Below, piece after piece: positions 36,479 through 43,322 of a stretch of 43,322 bases of DNA. The position numbers were made by a program, and so were the translations under genes. Source of the DNA: Candidatus Dojkabacteria bacterium UBA4813. GTDB lineage: Bacteria; Patescibacteriota; Dojkabacteria; SC72. The notes under the pieces are model-generated. The model ran no database searches. It saw only the letters and a list, made by a program, of their open reading frames with translations, and had not been told where the DNA came from. Numbering within the stretch: the first letter of the stretch is position 1; each line of letters begins with the position of its first letter. The DNA is taken from positions 1-43,322 of the forward strand of contig DHFX01000015.1 of assembly GCA_002402455.1 (NCBI GenBank), given 5' to 3'.

Positions 36479-37891
36479 ATGAAAATACAATTCCTAGGTG
36501 CTGCTAAAACTGTTACCGGATCCTGCTTTTACGTAGAGATGTCTAACCTTAAATTTCTAGTAGACTGCGGAGCCTTCCAAGGACCCAGCGAAATTGAGGA
36601 AAGGAACTACGAGCCATTCCCGTTTAATCCTGCAGATATAGATATTGTATTCCTTACTCATGCCCACTTTGACCACTGTGGTAGATTGCCCTTACTTGTT
36701 AAGCAGGGTTTTAGGGGCAGAATAATTAGTACACAGCCAACGAGAGATTTAACAAAAATAATCCTTTTAGATTCGGCAGAACTGCAGAAAGAAGAGTACG
36801 AAAGATGGCTAGCAAGACCCAAGAATCAGCAAAATTTTGAAGAGGAGAAATTTAAAAAACCTCTCTATACTTCGGAAGACATAGAAGAGACAATGAGATT
36901 CTTTGAAGTCTATCCGTACGGTAATTCCGTAAATATTGCAAAGGGTTGTGAATTTCGTATGAGAGACGCGGGACACATACTTGGTTCTGCGATATTTGAA
37001 CTCTGGTTGGAAAACGAAGCAGGAAGAAAGAGAAAACTTGTCTTCTCCGGAGATTTAGGTCAACCGGGAGCAAGGATTGTTAAAGATCCCGACCTAATAA
37101 GAGAGGCTGATTATGTTATCTGCGAATCAACATACGGTAACAGACTGCATAAAAATAGAGATGAAACCGTATTAGAATTCCTTACAGCTGTTCAGGGTGC
37201 TCAGAAGGCAGGAGGGAATTTACTAATTCCGTCTTTTGCAATAGAAAGAACCCAAGAAATTCTTTACGAGTTAAACCTCTTTATAGAAAACAAAATAATT
37301 CCGAGCATCTCCGTATACCTAGACAGCCCGATGGCCTCAAAGGCAACCGAGGTTTTTAGGCAGTATCCTAATTTCTATGACGAGGATGCAAAAAGACTCC
37401 TTCAAAAAGGAGATGATCCTTTTAATTTCCCCGGACTTGTTAAAACAGATTCGGTAGATGACTCAAAGAGACTTGCGACTAAGAAGGGAGTAATAATAAT
37501 TGCAGGAAGTGGTATGAGTACAGGTGGGAGAATCCTACATCATCTTAAGAATAATATTGAAGATCCTACAACGCACATTGCTATTGTGGGTTATCAGGTC
37601 AAAGGAACTCTGGGACGAAGACTTGTGGAAAAGGAAAAAACAGTTAGAATATTTGGTGAAGAATACCAGAACAATGCAAAACTGTTTTCCTTAGGAGGCT
37701 TTTCCGGTCATGGAGACCAAAGAGATCTAAGATACTGGTTGAGAAGCTTTGGGCATACTCCTAAAAAGATTTTCTTAGTCCATGGTGACGAAGACATTAT
37801 TTACACTTTTAGAAATAATCTTCAGAATGAATTAAATGCAAATACGGAAATTTATGTTCCCGACCACAGAGAAGAGGTTAAACTTGATTAG
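36479..37891 (+). CDS. MBL-fold beta-CASP ribonuclease (YSH1-like)
   Basis: THAHFDHCG, AGHILGS, SGDLG, ESTYG, AGSGM, FSGHGD and VHG motifs; upstream TTGTCA-18-TATTAT. Confidence 0.92.
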   Translation: MKIQFLGAAKTVTGSCFYVEMSNLKFLVDCGAFQGPSEIEERNYEPFPFNPADIDIVFLTHAHFDHCGRLPLLVKQGFRGRIISTQPTRDLTKIILLDSAELQKEEYERWLARPKNQQNFEEEKFKKPLYTSEDIEETMRFFEVYPYGNSVNIAKGCEFRMRDAGHILGSAIFELWLENEAGRKRKLVFSGDLGQPGARIVKDPDLIREADYVICESTYGNRLHKNRDETVLEFLTAVQGAQKAGGNLLIPSFAIERTQEILYELNLFIENKIIPSISVYLDSPMASKATEVFRQYPNFYDEDAKRLLQKGDDPFNFPGLVKTDSVDDSKRLATKKGVIIIAGSGMSTGGRILHHLKNNIEDPTTHIAIVGYQVKGTLGRRLVEKEKTVRIFGEEYQNNAKLFSLGGFSGHGDQRDLRYWLRSFGHTPKKIFLVHGDEDIIYTFRNNLQNELNANTEIYVPDHREEVKLD

Positions 37892-37923
37892 TTAGATTAG
37901 TTAACATTTTGTGTACACAAGAA

Positions 37924-38871
37924 ATGGATAAATATCCGGAAATAGAAAAAATATATAAAGACATAAAAGATTTGAACATTCAAGGAGCAACCAATGTCGC
38001 TATCGCGACCTTTGAAGGGATGAAGTTATATGGAGAGATAAGTTCAATCCAAGACAAGGAACTGTTTTACAAAGAGTTCTTTGAAGTAGCAAACAATCTC
38101 TCTCATGCAAGAGAGAATGAACCCCTAGCAACAAATGGGGTTAAGTATGTGAAATATTTTTTTAATAAAAAATTTTCTGTTTTACCAGAGTTAGCTACCA
38201 TGAAACGGGAGCTAGTATCTCTGACAGATGACTTCTTAGATATTATCGGACAATCTAAGAGAGACCTAATAGAAAAAAATAAAGAATTCTTTTCAAATTA
38301 CAACAAAATTTTTACTCATTGCCACTCTTCTACAGTCGTATCATTAATTAAATCAATCAGGGAGGGTAAGGAGAATTTCGAAGTAGTCTGTACAGAGACT
38401 AGACCTAGATTCCAGGGACGAATAACAGCTAAAAGCCTCCTTGAAGCGAGAATTAAAACAACTTTAATTGCAGATAGTTCTGCAGAGTCTTTTATAATAA
38501 ACAGAGGTAGTGTTCCAGTAGAAATAGGTTTTATAGGTTGTGATGAAATGACACAATTAGGTCATGTTATTAATAAAATTGGAAGCTGGGGTATCGCAAT
38601 GGCTTTTCACTATGCAGATAAGCCTTTCTATGTTGTTACCCCGTTTCTTAAACTGGATGTGGAATCCCATCATAACAATATAGAGATCGAGGTCAGAGAG
38701 AGTAAAGAACTTTGGGAAGATGCTCCCAAAGGTTTACATATGTACAACCCCGCGTTTGAGGTTGTAGATAGTGGACTAATAACCGGTTATGTTACCGAAC
38801 TGGGTATACTTAAACCCACGGATATTAAAAAAGCAGCACAAGAAAATTATCCTTGGCTATTTTCTAGTTAA
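37924..38871 (+). CDS. ribose-1,5-bisphosphate isomerase (eIF2B-like family)
   Basis: IQGATNVA, ARENEP, THCHSSTV, TETRPRFQG, GCD and INKIG motifs; adjacent to AMP phosphorylase. Confidence 0.88.
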   Translation: MDKYPEIEKIYKDIKDLNIQGATNVAIATFEGMKLYGEISSIQDKELFYKEFFEVANNLSHARENEPLATNGVKYVKYFFNKKFSVLPELATMKRELVSLTDDFLDIIGQSKRDLIEKNKEFFSNYNKIFTHCHSSTVVSLIKSIREGKENFEVVCTETRPRFQGRITAKSLLEARIKTTLIADSSAESFIINRGSVPVEIGFIGCDEMTQLGHVINKIGSWGIAMAFHYADKPFYVVTPFLKLDVESHHNNIEIEVRESKELWEDAPKGLHMYNPAFEVVDSGLITGYVTELGILKPTDIKKAAQENYPWLFSS

Positions 38872-38890
38872 ATTTTTCTACACAACAATT

Positions 38891-40405
38891 ATGGCTTTCT
38901 ATTTAAGAAGTAAAAATCTAGATTTAGGTGAAGATGATGAGCTTAATATTGTGCTAAATACTAAGGATGCTGAGAGACTAGGTGTTAGGGAAGGAGAGAT
39001 TGCTCTTATCGGTATAGGGGAAGTTGAACTTCATGCAAATGTTATGGAGACAGATTCCAAGGTTGCGGAGGGGGAGATAGGGTTGTTTGAAGAGATATGG
39101 AAAGATTACAGAGTGGACAGTGGAGCCTCCATATTTATAGATATTCCTCATCCCAGTAAATCTTTGGAAGCGATAAGTAAAAAGTTATTAGGACACAATC
39201 TTAAGGAGGAAGACCTTAAGCTTATTATGAATGATATAGGTTCACGCAAATTGAGGGAGACAGAAATAGCTTTCTTTGTATCTACATTCTTTAATCCGGG
39301 CTTTAATGACGATGAAATCTACTGGATGACAAAAGGTATGGCACAGTCCGGAGATATTCTTAATTTTAAAGATATTAACGGCAATGGCCATCTGGTTGCA
39401 GACAAACATTCTATTGGTGGTGTAGCAGGTAAAGCAATAACTCCGACCTTGGTTCCGATATTAGTAGCCGGAGGACTAATAGTTCCTAATACATCTACAA
39501 GAGCAATTACGTCTCCTGCAGGGACTTCGGATATTCTGGAAGTTGTTATGCCAATAGCCCTTTCTAAGGAGAAAGTGATGGAGGTGGTAAAGAAGACGGG
39601 AGGTTGTATGATATGGGGAGGTTCTTTGGACATCTCTCCTGCAGATGATGTCATTATTAATGTCGAGAGATCTCTGCGTATACAGGAATTTCAGAAGATT
39701 CTGGTAAGTATTGCTGCAAAAAAGATTTCTATGGGGATTACACATATCCTTATAGACTTACCATACGGTAAGGGTTCTAAGATAGAAAGACCGGATGATG
39801 TTCAAATGCTAGATAGAGAATTTAAGAAACTATTTAAAAAATTCAACATCTATTGTGAAACGATTAAGAGGCCAATAAACGGTCCAGATGGTAGAAGCAT
39901 AGGTCCTAACATGGAGATAAGAGAAGCTCTTAGAATTCTTGAAAGAGACAAAGAGTACTGTCCCGAAATAGAGGGTGTCGTGATAGAGATGGCCACTAAA
40001 CTTTTTGAAGGAACTAAGACTGTAAGAAGAGGGGAGGGGAAGAAATTTGCACGACAGATCTTGGATTCCGGAAAGGCCCTAGATAAATTTTGGGAGATTG
40101 CTTTTGCTCAGGGGGCTACCAAGAGGATTAAATCTACGGATATAAAGATAGCACATCTGCAGTACGATCTTTTATCCGACAGAGATGGCACAGTTAAGAC
40201 TTTAAATAACCAAGAGCTTATTCGTATAGCGAAAGCTTTGGGCAATCCTAAAATTAAAGAGGCTGGAATACAGATGCATAAGGTCCCAGGGGATAAAGTC
40301 TTAAGAGGAGAACCTCTCATAACCCTCTATGCGACTACAGAGTCAAGAATGGGAGGGGCAAAGGAATTGCTTGATATAGACAGATTATACACTTTCAAAC
40401 AATAA
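38891..40405 (+). CDS. AMP (NMP) phosphorylase, archaeal type, thymidine phosphorylase family
   Basis: N-terminal beta-barrel extension, DKHSIGGV, TSTRAITSPAGTSD, WGG...SPADD and LIDLPYG.G.K motifs. Start re-called to ATG 38891 (504 aa). Confidence 0.9.
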   Translation: MAFYLRSKNLDLGEDDELNIVLNTKDAERLGVREGEIALIGIGEVELHANVMETDSKVAEGEIGLFEEIWKDYRVDSGASIFIDIPHPSKSLEAISKKLLGHNLKEEDLKLIMNDIGSRKLRETEIAFFVSTFFNPGFNDDEIYWMTKGMAQSGDILNFKDINGNGHLVADKHSIGGVAGKAITPTLVPILVAGGLIVPNTSTRAITSPAGTSDILEVVMPIALSKEKVMEVVKKTGGCMIWGGSLDISPADDVIINVERSLRIQEFQKILVSIAAKKISMGITHILIDLPYGKGSKIERPDDVQMLDREFKKLFKKFNIYCETIKRPINGPDGRSIGPNMEIREALRILERDKEYCPEIEGVVIEMATKLFEGTKTVRRGEGKKFARQILDSGKALDKFWEIAFAQGATKRIKSTDIKIAHLQYDLLSDRDGTVKTLNNQELIRIAKALGNPKIKEAGIQMHKVPGDKVLRGEPLITLYATTESRMGGAKELLDIDRLYTFKQ

Positions 40406-40427
40406 CTAAAATATTAGGTGCTAGATT

Positions 40428-42305
40428 TTAAATGGGGATTGTAGCATTTCCTCTTTCTCTGTTTTTCCCTCTTTTCTTTCTTTTTTGCTTTTTTATTAAC
40501 GATGAAACGAGGGAAATTACAGCTATTAGGGCAATCAGGATTAGGAAAACAGGCAGGGTAATAAGTATAGCTTTTCCTAAAGTAGTTGTTTTCAACACGG
40601 TTCCAACAAGGGAACTGATATTCGGATCTTGAGACTCCCTAATCTCTCCGGAAGGAGTGTAATCGGAATAGATTTTCAAACTTTCCAAATCTATTTTATC
40701 TGCCATTCCATATATATTAACTACAAAACCTTCTGTTGTTAGGTCAACAATATCATTAGCAGAGTAAATCTTTATGTTTGATAAGGAGTCATTATTAAAA
40801 ACCTCCCATAGGATTCTATCTACCATTTGACCAATCTTAATATTCTCGCTTTCAAAAGTAGGATCTACAGAAAGCCAACCGTAATCAGGAACCCATATCT
40901 GTACCCATTGATGTCTTACCTGATTATCCGGTGCAATCTCCCTTAGATTCGCGTAACCTAGTGCTGCTCTTGAGGGAATACCCTGTGCTCTTAGAAGAGA
41001 AATCATTACATCCGCATACTCCATACATACTGAAGGTCCACCTAGAAGTGCTGCTTTTGCACCAATTCTTGTGTTTTCGGAAGTGGTTTTATTTTGGTCA
41101 TACTCCAACTTGTCGTTAATATATTTGTAATCTGTTTTTATGACATCAAGAAGAGTTCCGTGGTCTTTAATTAAAGTTTCTGCCTCCTGCTTTATATATT
41201 CATCATTAGTCTCCCAATATTTAGTTGCAGAAAGATACCTTCCAATATAGTCACTATCTTTAATCTTATTAAAGTACTCCTCAAGAGGCATGTCAAAAGT
41301 TTTAGATTGCTCTTCGATACTGTCTTGCTCAACAGAGATATATCCTATCACCTCAATCTTGCTTTCCTTGTTGGCCGGAACTTCAAAAAGAGCCAAGATA
41401 TTACCTTCCTCATCTTTATATATATCCTTGGGAGTAGGAGAAATACTTTCGAGATAGACCCTTTGGTTTGTTTCTTCAAATTCTCTTGGTAAAGATATTT
41501 CATAGACATTTGTTGACAGAGCATTAAAGAAACTTGAATATTTCTCAGGCACGAAATTATCTGTTTGAGGGGTAGTATACTGCAGAGTAAATTTGTAAAG
41601 AACGGAAGTTCCAAATTCCAAGGAAGGGGAATTTTCTATTCTATCTGTCTGGTTAAATTTAAAATACTGTTTCCCGTTCTCTTCTGTTTTTGCGTATTTA
41701 GGGTAAGCCTTAGAAAGAGGAGGGATATTTTCGTCAACAGCTATTGTAAAGTTGTAATTGAAAACAGTTAAGGTCCCGGTTTCTTCATCGCTACTTTCAA
41801 ATACTGTGTCCTTTGGGAGAGACGGTCCGATTATATTAACGAAATCTCCAATTTTAAGAATATAATCATGAGTTTTGTACTCAAGGATTATATGGTACGG
41901 AGAGCTAGATGTGGTTGTTTTGTAGTTTGGTACTGTAATGTATATCCCTTCTCCTATCTCATTTTCTTCTATGGAATAGTCGATATCTTTTCCTCTGGAA
42001 TCCTTAACGGTTAAGCTTTCTAATTTATATTTTCTCTCAGCCCTAATTTCATCTTCCGAAGTGTCTGGAATGTCCGGAATGTGAAAGATCTTCTCTCCTG
42101 TTGCAGGAAAGTAGTATTCACTATTCTTAACATTTCTTATGTAATCTGTGGTTACGGTAGCGAAATTATCTCCGGTTGAATAATTAACTACTGTGTTTGT
42201 GTCAATAATAAAATCCTCTTCTTGGGCGTTAACAGTAGATGTTAAAGAGAAAAAAGAGGAGAGCAATATTACAAAAAAGAATATATTTTTTAGTCTTTTT
42301 TCCAT
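40428..42305 (-). CDS. secreted, C-terminally anchored transglutaminase-like protein
   Basis: Signal peptide (VNA), VCMEYAD, LLRAQGIPSR, HQWVQ and VDPT (Cys-His-Asp triad), C-terminal TM and basic tail. Confidence 0.85.
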   Translation of the reverse strand: MEKRLKNIFFFVILLSSFFSLTSTVNAQEEDFIIDTNTVVNYSTGDNFATVTTDYIRNVKNSEYYFPATGEKIFHIPDIPDTSEDEIRAERKYKLESLTVKDSRGKDIDYSIEENEIGEGIYITVPNYKTTTSSSPYHIILEYKTHDYILKIGDFVNIIGPSLPKDTVFESSDEETGTLTVFNYNFTIAVDENIPPLSKAYPKYAKTEENGKQYFKFNQTDRIENSPSLEFGTSVLYKFTLQYTTPQTDNFVPEKYSSFFNALSTNVYEISLPREFEETNQRVYLESISPTPKDIYKDEEGNILALFEVPANKESKIEVIGYISVEQDSIEEQSKTFDMPLEEYFNKIKDSDYIGRYLSATKYWETNDEYIKQEAETLIKDHGTLLDVIKTDYKYINDKLEYDQNKTTSENTRIGAKAALLGGPSVCMEYADVMISLLRAQGIPSRAALGYANLREIAPDNQVRHQWVQIWVPDYGWLSVDPTFESENIKIGQMVDRILWEVFNNDSLSNIKIYSANDIVDLTTEGFVVNIYGMADKIDLESLKIYSDYTPSGEIRESQDPNISSLVGTVLKTTTLGKAILITLPVFLILIALIAVISLVSSLIKKQKRKKRGKNRERGNATIPI

Positions 42306-42352
42306 ATACATAATATATATCATATCACTGATAATTATTATATAATCCCCCT

Positions 42353-43322
42353 ATGTCAATTAAACAATCACACTCATTTTCTCTGGGTATAGTAGGATTA
42401 CCAAATGTTGGGAAGTCAACAATATTTAATGCCCTAACTAAGATGTCTGTTCCTGCGGAGAATTTTCCCTTCTGCACAATAGATAAGAATATTGGGGTCG
42501 TACAAGTGCCGGATGTTAGGTTAGAGAAATTAGCAAAACATTTTAATGCACAAAAGGTAGTCCCTTCTATGATGAAATTTGTAGACATTGCAGGTCTGGT
42601 TAAGGGTGCTTCAAAAGGGGAAGGGTTAGGAAACCAATTTCTTTCACACATTAGGGAGGTAGATGTAATAATGTATGTTTTAAGAGGTTTTGAAAGTGAA
42701 AAGGTGGTACATGTTTATGACAGAATAGATCCCTTGGCAGATTATGAAATTGTTCAATCAGAATTAATTCTGAAAGATATAGAAAGTGTTGAAAAGAGAA
42801 TGGCAAGTTGTGAAAAGATGAAGAGAATAGGGGATGAGAGAGCCGGTATTGAAGTGGAATTGTTAAATAAGGTCTTAGGGGAACTAGATAAAGGGATTCC
42901 TGTGATAGATATGAAGTTAAACCTTGATGAAAAAGAAATTTTGTCAGAGTTATCTCTACTTACTAATAAAAAGAGGTTGTTTATATTAAACACCAGAGCA
43001 GATATAGATAGTGGTAAGGTAAAAAATTGGGAAGAAAAATTGGAGGAAGAAACAGGGGATAAAGTTCTTGTCGTGGACATTAAACTTCTTTCAGAAATAG
43101 CAGATATGCGGGAAGAGGAAGTTAAGGAATATATGGAGATGTTTGATGAAAAGCCAAATGGGGTAGAGGAGATAATAAGAGGTGCTTTTGAGGTTTTAGA
43201 CCTTATTACTTTCTATACCGGTTCTGAAAAAGAGTGTAATGCTTGGAGTATAGTAAAGGGTAGTACTGTAAAAGAAGCTGCAGGGGTTATACATACGGAC
43301 TTAGAAAAAGGCTTTATAACAG
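42353..43322 (+). CDS. ychF: redox-regulated ATPase YchF (3' end outside window)
   Basis: Read directly from the sequence: GIVGLPNVGKSTIFNALT, NFPFCTID, FVDIAGLVKGASKGEGLGNQFLSHIREVD and AAGVIHTD. Absent from the ORF track because no stop falls in the window. Confidence 0.96.
   Translation, partial: MSIKQSHSFSLGIVGLPNVGKSTIFNALTKMSVPAENFPFCTIDKNIGVVQVPDVRLEKLAKHFNAQKVVPSMMKFVDIAGLVKGASKGEGLGNQFLSHIREVDVIMYVLRGFESEKVVHVYDRIDPLADYEIVQSELILKDIESVEKRMASCEKMKRIGDERAGIEVELLNKVLGELDKGIPVIDMKLNLDEKEILSELSLLTNKKRLFILNTRADIDSGKVKNWEEKLEEETGDKVLVVDIKLLSEIADMREEEVKEYMEMFDEKPNGVEEIIRGAFEVLDLITFYTGSEKECNAWSIVKGSTVKEAAGVIHTDLEKGFIT

Noticed and set aside
38789..38890. Longer N-terminus for AMP phosphorylase given by the ORF track
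   Set aside because: It overlaps the isomerase gene by ~80 nt; ATG 38891 gives the expected ~500-aa protein.
2611..41771. Numerous 60-170 aa ORFs nested in or antisense to known genes (e.g. 2611-3054, 10182-10511, 16179-16682, 21837-22220, 39319-39654)
   Set aside because: They overlap well-supported genes, have Ser/Phe/Leu-rich shadow composition and show no recognisable motifs.
42325..43080. Two 108-aa minus-strand ORFs
   Set aside because: Antisense shadows of ychF on the plus strand.

Overview
AT-rich, gene-dense bacterial chromosome segment (standard genetic code). Gene content and reduced operons suggest a CPR/Patescibacteria organism, possibly Dojkabacteria-like; this is inference. 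It carries housekeeping clusters: rpmB, mreBCD-pbp2, dprA-topA-radC (frameshifted), rpsB-tsf-frr-rseP, rpsU-yqeY-ybeY-pth, mfd-dnaX-ybaB-recR, cysS-rnhC, CCA enzyme and ychF (partial). There are two tRNAs, one of them partial. Points of interest: (1) an unannotated rod-shaped RNA near the start that resembles 6S RNA; (2) ribosomal protein S2 fused to an RNA polymerase alpha-CTD-like domain; (3) EF-Ts with a duplicated N-terminal domain; (4) a four-gene surface module of two WxL/pilin-like secreted proteins and two membrane-anchored DUF916/chaperone-like proteins; (5) an archaeal-type nucleotide salvage cluster (beta-CASP nuclease, ribose-1,5-bisphosphate isomerase, AMP phosphorylase) with no RuBisCO in the window; (6) an LPxTG surface protein with a 333-bp internal duplication; (7) many apparently leaderless genes; (8) a C-terminally truncated Mfd. 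No CRISPR array or transposase was seen.
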